Shown piece after piece: positions 10,595 through 20,622 of a stretch of 64,000 nucleotides of DNA. The position numbers and the translations under genes are program-made. The stretch comes from an uncultured delta proteobacterium (GTDB lineage Bacteria > Myxococcota_A > UBA9160 > UBA4427). Each line of letters begins with the position of its first letter. Position 1 is the stretch's first letter. The stretch is taken from assembly GCA_963822965.1 (NCBI GenBank), contig CAWGJT010000014.1, forward strand, positions 288,001-352,000, in the 5' to 3' direction. The notes beneath the pieces were generated by a model. It saw only the letters and a list, made by a program, of their open reading frames with translations. It had not been told where the DNA came from and did no database searches.

Positions 10595-12603
10595 ATGAAG
10601 ACGATCCACTACGGAGCTTTTCACACACTAGGGCGCTTCCTCCCGGAGGTTCGGCGGCCCGTGCTGCTCTGCCTGGCCGTGGCGTCGATCCTGCTGCCTG
10701 GCTGTGGCCAGGAGGCTTCGCTGCAGCCCGGCGCGGGCGGAGGGGTGGGCAGCGCGGTCACCGCGCTGATGCAGGCGCGCGGTCTCTCCGAGGCGGACGT
10801 CAGCGCGGCCCTCAAGACCTACACGCCCACGGGGGGCCGCGACGACTACCTGATCTTCGCCTCGGGCGGGCACTCGGGCCAGGTGCTGGTGATCGGCGTG
10901 CCCAGCATGCGCATCCTCAAGGTCATCGCCGTCTTCACCCCGGAGCCGTGGCAGGGGTACGGCTACGGCGACGAGACCGACGGTCTGCTGGCCGAAGGGG
11001 AGCGGCGAGGCAAGAACATCCGGTGGGCCGACACCCACCATCCGGCACTCAGCGAGACGGCCGGTGACTACGACGGCAAGTTCCTCTTCATCAACGACAA
11101 GGCGAATGCACGGGTGGCGGTGATCGATCTCCACGACTTCGTGACCGCGCAGATCGTGACGAGCCAGCTCATCGAGTCGGACCACGGGGCCACCTTCGTC
11201 ACGCCGAACACGGAATACGTGGTGGAGAGCGCCCAGTATCCGACGCCTCTCGGGGGCGGCTATGCGCCCATCGAGGACTACGAGAAGAGCTACCGCGGGG
11301 CAGCGATCTTCTGGAAGTTCGACCGCGAGAAGGGTCGCATCGTGCCCGAGAAATCGTTCGCCATCGAGCTGCCGCCCTACATGCAAGACCTCACCGACGC
11401 GGGCAAGCTCGTGAGCGACGGCTGGGTGTTCATCAACTCGTTCAACACCGAGCGGTCCTGGGGTGGCGACCTCGAGGGCAAGCCGCCCCTGGAGTCGGGC
11501 GCCTCCCAGAACGACATGGACTATCTCCACGTCATCAACTGGCGGGCGGCCGAGAAGGTGGCAGAAGCGGGGAAGACCGAGACGATCGCCGGCATGCGCG
11601 TGATTCGCCTGCCGACCGCCATCGAGGAGGGCCTCCTCTACTTCGTCGGCGAGCCGAAGAGCCCCCACGGTGTCGACGTGACGCCCGACGGGAAGTACAT
11701 GGTGGTCTCCGGAAAGCTCGACACCCACACCACGATCTACGACTTCGCGAAGATCCAGGACCTGATCGCCCAGAAGAAGTTCGTCGGTACCGACGACTAC
11801 GGCGTTCCGATCCTGCCGTTCGAGGAGGCGATCCGGGGTCAGGTCGAGGTGGGTCTGGGGCCGTTGCACACACAGTACGACGCGGACGGGAACGCCTACA
11901 CCTCGCTCTTCCTGGAGTCGAAGGTGGCCAAGTGGAGCCTCGCGGACATGCAGGTGATCGAGAAGATCCCGGTCCACTACAACGTCGGTCACATCCTGAC
12001 GCCCGAGGGCGACACCGTGAGCCCGGACGGGAAGTTCCTCGTCTCGATGAACAAGTGGGCGATCGACCGCTTCAACGACGTGGGCCCGCTGCTGCCCGCA
12101 GAACTTCCAGCTCATCGATACGAGCGGCGACAAGATGCAGCTGCTCTACGACCTGCCGATTCCGATCGGGGAGCCCCACTACGCGCAGATGATCAAGGCC
12201 GACAAGGTTCATCCCATCGAGGTCTACTCGCCCGTCGGAACCAACTCCATCACTCGCCAGGTCGATCCCTACGCGGTGAAGGCCGGCGAGGAGCGGATCG
12301 AGCGCAAGGCGGACGGCGTGCACGTCTACATGACCGCCGTGCGAAGCCATTTCACGCCGGATATCGATGCGCGTGAAGAAGGGCGATCGCGTCCACCTGC
12401 ACATCACGAACGTCGAGCAGGCGAAGGACGCCACGCACGGCTTCGCGATCGGATCGCACAACATCAACCTCTCGCTCGAGCCGGGGGAGCACTCGAACGT
12501 GGACTTCGTGGCCGACGAGGTGGGCGTCTTCCCGCTCTACTGCACGGAATTCTGCTCCGCACTCCATCTCGAGATGGCGGGCTACTTCCTCGTCGAGCCG
12601 TGA
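10595..12603 (+). CDS. nosZ: Nitrous-oxide reductase, clade II (Sec-type); apparent indels near 12095 and 12365
   Basis: SGGHSGQ, FTPEPWQGYG, DTHH, PKSPHG, GLGPLH and CuA motif YCTEFCSALHLEM; no twin-Arg motif, lipobox-like LLPGC. Confidence 0.95.
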
Positions 12604-13952
12604 GGCGTCGTCAGCGGAGCGCGCGGGCCTGCACAACCGGGCTGCAGGCCCGCGGGGTGCAGGCTTGCGCCGCCGCACTCGTTCTGGGGCTCGCGCTGAC
12701 GAGCGGAGCGAGTGATGCGCCCGCATCATCGCCGCCCGAGAGACCGGACACCTGCGTCCGGGTCGCCGCCGGAGACGATCTCCGGCAGCGGCTCGCCGAA
12801 GCGCCGGCCGGCGCACGGCTCTGTCTCGAGCCGGGGGAGTACGCCGGCCCGATCCGCATCGAGCGTCCGGTGGTGCTCTGGGGCCCCCGCGAGGCGGTGA
12901 TCCGTTCTCATGGCAGCGGCAGCACCGTGACCGTCGAGGCCTCGGGTTCGTCGCTTCTCGGCTTCACGGTGGACGGAAGCGGCGGTCGATTCGATCTCCT
13001 GGACGCCGCCGTGCGCATTCGCGCGAACGACGTCCGCGTCGAGGAAGTGTGCATCCGGAACGCCCTCTTCGGCGTACTGGCGGAGCAGTCGAACCGCCTG
13101 CTGCTGCGAGGCAACGAGGTCCAGGGCACGCCGGGCAAGGTGCTGGGCATGCGCGGTGACGGCATCCGGCTCTGGGAGGTCCGCGAGTCGCGCATCGAGC
13201 ACAACCGCATCCGTGACAGCCGGGACCTCGTGGTCTGGTACTCGCCCGGCAATCACTTCGACGGCAACGTGATCGAGGGAGGGCGCTACGGGACCCACTT
13301 CATGTACAGCCATCGGAACGTGGTCGAGGGCTCTCGCTATCGAGGCAACGTGGTGGGAATCTTCGCGATGTACAGCCGCGATCTCGTAATCCGCGACAAT
13401 CTGCTGGCAGAGGCGACTGGCGCGGCCGGCGTGGGCCTCGGCGCCAAGGAGTCGGGAAACCTGGTGGTCGAGGGCAACTGGATCGTGGCCAACACGACGG
13501 GCATCTACCTCGACACGACGCCGCTCGATCCGGCGGATCACGATCGCTTCGTGGGCAACGTCGTGCGCTTCTCCGACGTCGGGGTGATCTTCCACGGTCC
13601 GGCCGCGCGGAACGACTTCGAGGGCAACCTCTTCGCCGACAACGAGGCGCAGGTCCGCGTCGAGGGGCGGGGCGACGCCACCGACGCCGACTGGGCCGGC
13701 AATACCTGGGACGACTACGCGGGCTACGACCTCGACGGCGATGGAAGGGGAGACGTTCCGTACGCGGTGCGGAGCCTCTCCAGCGATCTCGTCGCGCGGG
13801 TTCCTGCGCTCGCGTGGTTCCGTGGGTCGGCGGCGTTGGCACTCGTCGACCTGGTGGGCCGAGCGGTGCCTCTCTTCCAGTCGACCACGCTGCTGGTCGA
13901 CCCCGCGCCGCGCATGCGTGCGCAAGCGCCCGAGCCGCCCGATGCAGGTTGA
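12600..13952 (+). CDS. nosD: NosD periplasmic maturation protein (CASH beta-helix)
   Basis: RGDGIRLW, RYGTHFMYS and GNTWDDYAGYDLDGDGRGDVPY; GTGA overlap with the nosZ stop. Confidence 0.92.
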   Translation: MRRRQRSARACTTGLQARGVQACAAALVLGLALTSGASDAPASSPPERPDTCVRVAAGDDLRQRLAEAPAGARLCLEPGEYAGPIRIERPVVLWGPREAVIRSHGSGSTVTVEASGSSLLGFTVDGSGGRFDLLDAAVRIRANDVRVEEVCIRNALFGVLAEQSNRLLLRGNEVQGTPGKVLGMRGDGIRLWEVRESRIEHNRIRDSRDLVVWYSPGNHFDGNVIEGGRYGTHFMYSHRNVVEGSRYRGNVVGIFAMYSRDLVIRDNLLAEATGAAGVGLGAKESGNLVVEGNWIVANTTGIYLDTTPLDPADHDRFVGNVVRFSDVGVIFHGPAARNDFEGNLFADNEAQVRVEGRGDATDADWAGNTWDDYAGYDLDGDGRGDVPYAVRSLSSDLVARVPALAWFRGSAALALVDLVGRAVPLFQSTTLLVDPAPRMRAQAPEPPDAG

Positions 13953-14838
13953 GGCCCGAGCCCTCACGCGTCGTTTCGGATCCGTGCGGGCGCTCGACGG
14001 TCTCGACTTCACGATCCCGTGCGGTCGTCGCGTCGCGCTGGTGGGCCCCAACGGATCGGGCAAGTCCACCCTCAACCGCATCCTGATGGGCCTGCTGCGC
14101 TTCGAGGGCGAGGTCTCGGTCGGCGGCTTCTCCCCGCTGGCCGACCGACTCGACGTGTCTCGTCGCATCGCCTACGTGCCCCAGAGCGCGCCCAACCTCG
14201 GCGCGCCCGTGGGTGAGCTGGTGCGCGCTTTGGGCGGGCTTCGCGGCGTGACGCCGGCCGACGTCGCGAAGCCCGCGCTGCGGCTGGGGCTGGACCTCGA
14301 GAGCGTGTCCCGACGACCGCTGCGTGGCCTCTCGGGCGGGATGAAGCAGAAGCTCCTGTTGGCGCTCGCTCTCGCGGCGCCGGCCTCGCTGCTGATCGTC
14401 GACGAGCCCACGGGCAGCCTGGACGCCGCGAGTCGCGAGCGCTTCTTCGAGCTCTTCGCGGAGCGTTCGGCCGGGGCGACGGTGATCCTGTGCTCTCACC
14501 GACTGGAGGAGGTGCGGCAGCTCGTCGATCACGTGCTTCTCCTCGACGAGGGACGCCTTGCCTACGACGGAGCCGTGGACGAGTTCCTGGCCGCGGCCGC
14601 CCGCAGCGTGCTCGAGGTGCGCGTCGAGGGCGCCACGGCCGAGGGCTGGGTCGCGAGCCGCGGCTTCCGCCGCGGCGTCGGTGGCTGGTGGCTGCGCAAT
14701 GCGACGCCGCCGGAGAAGCTCGCCCTGATCTCGGAGATCACCCGGCACCTCGGCGCCTCGCTGCGCGACCTGAACGCCCGCGACCTCGAAGCGCTGGAGA
14801 CCGACGAATCGGAGGGAAGGAGTGGCGGCCATGGCTGA
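13942..14838 (+). CDS. nosF: ABC transporter ATP-binding protein NosF
   Basis: GPNGSGKST, LSGGMKQK and DEPT; position in the nos cluster. Confidence 0.85.
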   Translation: MQVEARALTRRFGSVRALDGLDFTIPCGRRVALVGPNGSGKSTLNRILMGLLRFEGEVSVGGFSPLADRLDVSRRIAYVPQSAPNLGAPVGELVRALGGLRGVTPADVAKPALRLGLDLESVSRRPLRGLSGGMKQKLLLALALAAPASLLIVDEPTGSLDAASRERFFELFAERSAGATVILCSHRLEEVRQLVDHVLLLDEGRLAYDGAVDEFLAAAARSVLEVRVEGATAEGWVASRGFRRGVGGWWLRNATPPEKLALISEITRHLGASLRDLNARDLEALETDESEGRSGGHG

Positions 14839-15334
14839 GCACCGTCTCCTCGCGGTGTTCGCCGCCGGGGCCGTGCTGGTGGGCGCCGTCATGTGGGCCG
14901 TGCTCTCTTCCTCCGGTCCGCCCGCTGGGCCGGTTCCCGTCGCATGGGACGCGACTCGCTGCACGCGTTGTCGCATGCTGATCTCCGAGCCGGGCTTTGC
15001 CGGGCAGCTCCACACCGAGGACGGCCGTGTCCTCTTCTTCGACGACCCTGGCTGCCTGCTGGTCTACCTGCACGAAGAGAAGCCCGACGTGCACGCCATC
15101 TGGCTCCATCACTACCGAGACGATCGTTGGATCTCGCGCGACCGCGTCGTCTTCGAGGAAGTCTCAGCGAGCCCGATGGGCTACGGGCTCGCGGCCTTCG
15201 AGCGCGGCGAGGTCCCGGACGGGCTCGAGTGGGACGTCGCCCTCTCGCGGGCGATCGAGCGCGACGAGGAGCGCGCAGGCCGTGCGGCAGCGGAGCGGGT
15301 GCCGAGGGATCGCGCGCCCGGAGTCGCCCCGTGA
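14831..15334 (+). CDS. nosL: NosL-family copper chaperone
   Basis: CTRCRMLISE, FFDDPGCL and SPMGYG. Confidence 0.85.
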   Translation: MAEHRLLAVFAAGAVLVGAVMWAVLSSSGPPAGPVPVAWDATRCTRCRMLISEPGFAGQLHTEDGRVLFFDDPGCLLVYLHEEKPDVHAIWLHHYRDDRWISRDRVVFEEVSASPMGYGLAAFERGEVPDGLEWDVALSRAIERDEERAGRAAAERVPRDRAPGVAP

Positions 15335-16200
15335 GCGGACCCGACCGCGGTGCGCGGCGCGCGCGTCGGCTCGATGACTTCGTGGCGGTTGCGCGCCTCG
15401 ATCTCGCCGAGGTGGTGCGATCCCGCTGGCTGGTCGTCTGCCTCGTGCTCTACGGCGTTCTGGCGGCCCTCTTCGTATTGGTGGGGCTCCGCGAGTCGAG
15501 CGTCATGGGCTTCACGGGCATGGGGAGGGTGCTCTTCTCGCTCTGTCACGCACTCCTCCTCCTCCTGCCCCTCGTGGCGCTCGCCGTCACCGGCCAGGTG
15601 GTGAACCGGGCCCGCGACGACGGCGCGCTGGAGCTGCTTCTGAGCCACCCGATCCGACGCACCAGCTATCTCGCCGCCGTCACCGTCGTTCGCTTCGTGG
15701 CTCTGACCTTGCCCCTGGTGGCGCTGCTCCTGGGGCTCGGCGTGGTGGGGCACTTCGCGTTCGGTCAGCCCGTTCCCTGGCACTTCGTGCTCCGGGCGGC
15801 GTCACTCTGTGCCGCGCTCCTCTGGGCCTTCACGGCCCTGGGAATCGCGATCTCGGTCGTGGTACGCAGTCCGGCGCGCGCCATGATGGCGTTGATCGTC
15901 GCGTGGGCGCTCGGTGTGGCGTTGCTCGACTTCGGTTTGATCGGTTTGATGCTGACCTGGCGGATCGAGCCCCACGCCGTGTTCGTGCTGGCTGCGGCCA
16001 ACCCCGTGCAGGCGGTACGCATGGCGCTGCTCTCCTCTGCGCAGCCGGATCTGGCGACGCTCGGGCCCGTGGGCTTCTACCTCGCTCACCGCTTCGGGCC
16101 GGACGGGCTGATGGTGCTCGGGCTCGCATGGCCGGCGCTCTTCGGAACGCTCGCCTGGCTCGCGGCCCTGCTGGGCCTGCGCCGTGGAGACCTGGTGTAG
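15331..16200 (+). CDS. nosY: ABC permease NosY-like
   Basis: Multi-TM protein with G.LELLLSHPI.R and ANPVQAVR; nos cluster context. Confidence 0.8.
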   Translation: MSGPDRGARRARRLDDFVAVARLDLAEVVRSRWLVVCLVLYGVLAALFVLVGLRESSVMGFTGMGRVLFSLCHALLLLLPLVALAVTGQVVNRARDDGALELLLSHPIRRTSYLAAVTVVRFVALTLPLVALLLGLGVVGHFAFGQPVPWHFVLRAASLCAALLWAFTALGIAISVVVRSPARAMMALIVAWALGVALLDFGLIGLMLTWRIEPHAVFVLAAANPVQAVRMALLSSAQPDLATLGPVGFYLAHRFGPDGLMVLGLAWPALFGTLAWLAALLGLRRGDLV

Positions 16201-16292
16201 ACAGCGACGCGCCGGAGTGCCGCAGCCAAGAGAGCGAAGGACGCTACGACAGCACGGAGAGACCCAGAGAGAACCGAGAGGAGGAAGCCGTC

Positions 16293-16928
16293 TTGCAGAA
16301 CCGAGTCGATCACTTCTACCGCGTGATGAGCCGTCCCATCGTCTTCCCCAGCCGCTGGCTCCTGGGGCTGCTGGTGATTCCGCTGATGCTCAGCTTCACG
16401 GCGCCGCTCTGGAGCATGCACTTCCACGCGCCCCAGTATCCGCAGGGCCTCGGCTTCGAGATCTACTCGTACACCGTCGAAGGGGACATCCAGGAGATCA
16501 ACACCCTGAACCACTACATCGGCATGGCCCACCTCGATCGTGCCTCGCTGTCGGATCTCAACTGGCTCCCGTTCGCACTGGGTGGGATCATCCTGCTGAG
16601 CCTGCGGGTGGCGGCGGTCGGCGATCTGCGATCGCTCGTCGATCTGGTCGTCCTCTTCACGTACTTCTCGGTCTTCTCGATGGCGCGCTTCGCCTATCAG
16701 CTGTACGTCTACGGCCACAATCTCGACCCGAAGGCGCCGATCACCGTCGACCCGTTCACGCCCGCGATCTTCGGCACGAAGCAGATCGCCAACTTCACCA
16801 CCCAGAGCTACCCGGCCGCCGGCACCTTCTGGATCGGCGCCTTCGCCACCGGTCTCATCGCCGTGCTGGTCTGGAATGCGACGGCGTTGTGGCGTCGGGA
16901 GCCGCCCCTGCGCGCGTCGTCCTCGTAG
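16293..16928 (+). CDS. nosB: Clade II nos membrane protein (NosB-like)
   Basis: PLW....APQYPQGL, EINTLNHYIGM, YGHNLDPKAPI and GTKQIANF are characteristic of the membrane protein conserved in clade II nos clusters. Confidence 0.75.
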   Translation: MQNRVDHFYRVMSRPIVFPSRWLLGLLVIPLMLSFTAPLWSMHFHAPQYPQGLGFEIYSYTVEGDIQEINTLNHYIGMAHLDRASLSDLNWLPFALGGIILLSLRVAAVGDLRSLVDLVVLFTYFSVFSMARFAYQLYVYGHNLDPKAPITVDPFTPAIFGTKQIANFTTQSYPAAGTFWIGAFATGLIAVLVWNATALWRREPPLRASSS

Positions 16929-16986
16929 CGACGACGCGTTTCCGCGCCAGAGTGACGCGGGATGGATCGGCTGGGTTCGTGCGCGG

Positions 16987-17175
16987 ATGAAATGGAGGGA
17001 GACCGAGGACGGCGTTCTTCATTTCGAGCACCGTGCCCGCATCCGGCTGCGCCAGCAGGACGTGGCCGATGTCCTGAGGCTCTCCCGCGAGAGCGTCTCC
17101 CGGGTGCTGACGTCGCCGCAGATGCGCAGGCGGCTCGATCTGGGCCGCGGCAGCATCGTCCTGATCGGCGTCTGA
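16987..17175 (+). pseudogene. Stand-alone or remnant Crp/Fnr-type C-terminal HTH domain (62 aa)
   Basis: IRLRQQDVADVLRLSRESVSRVL matches the Crp HTH; no cNMP-binding domain upstream. Confidence 0.5.
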
Positions 17176-17182
17176 ACCCCGC

Positions 17183-18835
17183 TCAGCGCGTGAGCCACTC
17201 GAACTTCTGGGGCTTCCGCTTCGCCTGGGGATCGATGGCGACGTTCACGATCGTCGGCATCCGCTGCGCCAGGGCGTCCTTCAGCGCAGAGGAGAATTCG
17301 TCGGGCGTCGTGGCGAAGTAGCCCTTGCCGCCGAAGCCCTCGATCATCTTCTCGTACCGCGCCTGGGGGGTGTACACCATCGGCGGCACCCGTTTGCGGT
17401 CGTAGTCGGCGAGGCCGCCCCCGATGCCGTTGTTGTTCACGATCACGAAGGTGATGTTCATGCCGTAGCGGCAGGCCGTCTCGACCTCCATGCCGCTGAA
17501 GCCGAACGCCGAGTCGCCCTCGACGCAGACGACCTTGCGATCGGGGTGGACGGCGGCGGCGGCGATCGCGAAGCCGAGCCCCACGCCCATGGTGCCGAAG
17601 GTGCCGGCGTCCAGGCGCTCGCGCGCCTCGTGGTTCGGCAGCACCGTGCGGCTGATGTCCATGGTGTTCGAGCCCTCGCACACGAGCATCGCGTCCCGCG
17701 GCGCCTGGTCGCGGATCTCGGCGAGCACCCGGTAGTAGCCCATGGGCACGCTGCGATCGCTCTCCATCGCCTCGACGGCGGCGCGGTTCGCCGCGCCCGC
17801 CTCGGCGAGCATCTGCCGCCAGGCCGTTTCCGCCGGGTGGCTCCAGGGCTCGCGCTCGAGGGCCGCGTTGAGCTGGCCGACGACGGCCTTCGCGTCGCCC
17901 ACGAGCCCGACCTCCGCCGGGACGTTGGTGCCGATCTCCTCGGCGCTGACGTCCACCTGGATGACCTTCACGTCCTCGCGGAAGCGGGGCGGCAGTCCGA
18001 AGTGCAGGATCCAGTTGAGGCGGGCCCCGAGCAGCAGCACCACGTCGGCGTTCTTGAGGGCATCGGACCGGGCCGACGCCACCGACAGGCGATGGTCGTC
18101 GGGAACGACCCCCTTGCCCATGGGCGACGGCAGGAAGGGGAGGCGCGTGGCTTCGAGGAAGGCGCGCACCTCGTCCTCGGCCCGTGCGTAGGCCGCCCCC
18201 TTGCCGACGATGACGAGAGGGCGCTGTGCACCGCGCAGCAGCTCGAGCGCGCGCAGGACGGCGTCGGGGTCGGCCTGGGACCGGGGCGGATCCGCACAGC
18301 GCGGCTTCCAGCCGACGTCGCCTTCCTCCGCGCGACCGACGATGAGGTCGTTCGGCAGGTCGAGGTAGCAGGCGCCGGGCCGGCCGTAGATGCTGGTGCG
18401 CACCGCCTGCTCGACGTAGAAGGGCACCCGCTCGATCCGGTCCGGCCTCGCGGCGTACTTCACGAAGGGCCGGGCCGCCTCCACCTGGGGCGCCTCCTGG
18501 AAGGCGCCCTGGCCGTTCTGGAACGAGTCGTTCGCGCCGCCCAGCAGCAGCATGGGCCAGGCGTTCGACCAGGCGTTGGCGGCACCCGCGATGCCGTGGA
18601 TCATGCCGGGCCCCGAGACGCACAGGCACGCCGCGGGTCGTCCCGTCAGGTATCCGACGGCCCCCGCGGCGTAGCTCGCGCTCTGCTCGTTGCGGAAGCC
18701 GACGTAGTTGATCCCCTCTCGCTGCGCGGCGAACGCGACGGGCACCACGGGAAATCCCACGATCCCGAACATGTGCTCGACGCCCTGCTGCTTGAGGCTC
18801 CGCGCGATCAGCGTCGCGCCGTCGATCTCGGCCAT
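17183..18835 (-). CDS. Oxalyl-CoA decarboxylase / 2-hydroxyacyl-CoA lyase (ThDP enzyme)
   Basis: FGIVGFPV, RNEQSASYAA, GAFQE, LDAGTFGTMGVG and GDSAFGFSGMEVET...NNNG. Confidence 0.88.
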   Translation of the reverse strand: MAEIDGATLIARSLKQQGVEHMFGIVGFPVVPVAFAAQREGINYVGFRNEQSASYAAGAVGYLTGRPAACLCVSGPGMIHGIAGAANAWSNAWPMLLLGGANDSFQNGQGAFQEAPQVEAARPFVKYAARPDRIERVPFYVEQAVRTSIYGRPGACYLDLPNDLIVGRAEEGDVGWKPRCADPPRSQADPDAVLRALELLRGAQRPLVIVGKGAAYARAEDEVRAFLEATRLPFLPSPMGKGVVPDDHRLSVASARSDALKNADVVLLLGARLNWILHFGLPPRFREDVKVIQVDVSAEEIGTNVPAEVGLVGDAKAVVGQLNAALEREPWSHPAETAWRQMLAEAGAANRAAVEAMESDRSVPMGYYRVLAEIRDQAPRDAMLVCEGSNTMDISRTVLPNHEARERLDAGTFGTMGVGLGFAIAAAAVHPDRKVVCVEGDSAFGFSGMEVETACRYGMNITFVIVNNNGIGGGLADYDRKRVPPMVYTPQARYEKMIEGFGGKGYFATTPDEFSSALKDALAQRMPTIVNVAIDPQAKRKPQKFEWLTR

Positions 18836-18932
18836 CTCTGGCACCTCGCTCGTTGCGTGACCCGAAGGGGACCGTAGCGCGCCCGGGCCTGGGGTACGCT
18901 GGGTCCGGGTTCCGGAGCGAGGGAGAAGGACG

Positions 18933-20126
18933 ATGGCGGCACTCGAGGGGATGCGGATCCTGGACATGACCCAGTACGAGGCGGGGACCTCGTGCACCCA
19001 GGCCCTGGCCTGGATGGGCGCCGAGGTGGTGAAGATCGAGTCGCCCACCATCGGCGACCCCGGTCGGGCGGTGGGGACCGGCGACCACTACGCCCCCTAC
19101 TTCTGCAACTGGAACGCCAACAAGCGGAGCGTGACCCTCGACCTGGCGAAGCCCGAGGGCCACGACCTGCTGCTCCGCATGGTTCCCCGCTTCGACGTCT
19201 TCGTGGAGAACTACGGGCCGGGCGTCGTCGAGAAGCTCGACCTCACCTACGAGCGGCTCTCGGGGCGTCCACCCGTCGCTCATCTACGCCCAGGTGAAGG
19301 GCTTCGGGAGCAGCGGTCCCTACTCGGGCTACAAGAGCTACGACATGATCGCCCAGGCCGCCGCCGGCGCGTTCTCGGTCACCGGCTTTCCGGACGGCCC
19401 GCCCGTGTGCCCGGGACCCACCACGGGCGACTCGGGGACCGGCATGCAGCTCGGCATGGCGATCCTCGCCGCCTACATCCAGCGCACGCGCACCGGCGAG
19501 GGCCAGCACATCGAGATCTCGATGCAGGAGGCCATGACCTACTTCATGCGCACCCGCATCGCCTTCGGCGCCGACTGGGGCAACAGCGGTGACGCCGCGC
19601 TCGGGCAACGGCCTGGGCCCGCCCACCGAGCTCTATCCCTGCAAGCCCTTCGGGCCGAACGACTGGGCGTACGTGATCGTCGTCACGGCGCGGCACTGGG
19701 ACTCGCTCTGTATGGCCCTCGACCGCGACCGACCTGATCACCGACGCGCGCTTCCGGGACGGCCTGGACCGGATGCGAAACGGCGCCGCCCTGTACGAGG
19801 AGATCGCCCGCTGGACGCGCGAGCGCACGAAGCACGAGGTGATGGCGCACCTGGGCGCGGCCGGGGTGCCGTGCTCGGCGGTCCTCGACACGAAGGACCT
19901 CTACGACGACCCGCATCTGAACGAACGGGGCTTCGTGCACACCCTCGAGCACCCGCACCACGGCCGGGTGCGGCTCCTGGGATGGGCGCCGCGCATGTCC
20001 CGGAGCGCCGTCGACCTGGAGCGCGCTCCGCTGCTGGGAGAGCACACGGACGAGGTGCTGGCCCGGGAGCTGGGCCTCGGCGCGGACGAGCTGGGCCGCC
20101 TGCGCGCCGCGGGAATCGTCCGGTAG
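18933..20126 (+). CDS. Formyl-CoA transferase-like family III CoA-transferase (indels near 19265, 19590 and 19730)
   Basis: ALEGMRILDMTQYEAGTSCTQALAWMGAEVVKIE, GDSGTG and APLLGEHT. Confidence 0.85.
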
Positions 20127-20287
20127 GAGCCTGACCCAAGACTCCCGTGGAAAGCCCTGGCGTCGAGGCGCGCCACTGGCAAGGCGCGTGAGGAGGCCGT
20201 AGCGCGGGCTACGGCGACGCAGCGCAACGCAGCCAGCGGCGATGCATCGGCGTCAGGGCGGCGCGAGGTGTCTTGGGTCAGGCTCCT
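20125..20287. mobile_element. 163-bp MITE/REP-like element with 18-bp terminal inverted repeats
   Basis: AGGAGCCTGACCCAAGAC at 20125-20142 and its reverse complement at 20270-20287; central hairpin GCCGTAGCGCGGGCTACGGC; overlaps the preceding TAG stop. Confidence 0.7.
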
Positions 20288-20622
20288 GGCCGACGGACCT
20301 CGGTGGGTGGGATCGCGCTCCGGGAGCATCCGAAGGATCCGCCGGGTCGCCGGCGTTTTTCGCTCCAGCCGCGCGGCTGTAGAGACCGATCCAGGGTGTG
20401 CAGGCGGGGCCCGCAGTGGCGCGGACCCCACGAACCCGCTACACACCGTCCATCGAGCCGGGCCCTCTGCCCGGCAAGCGGCACCCAACAGGACCTCCCC
20501 GCTCTCGGGTAGAGAGGTCGAGCCGCCGAATCCTTTCTTGCCCACAGCTGTTGTGAGGGTCGGAATCATCCACCCGTAGCGTGCGCGCCAAGGCGCGCGG
20601 CGCGGGGGAGATCACCATCTAC

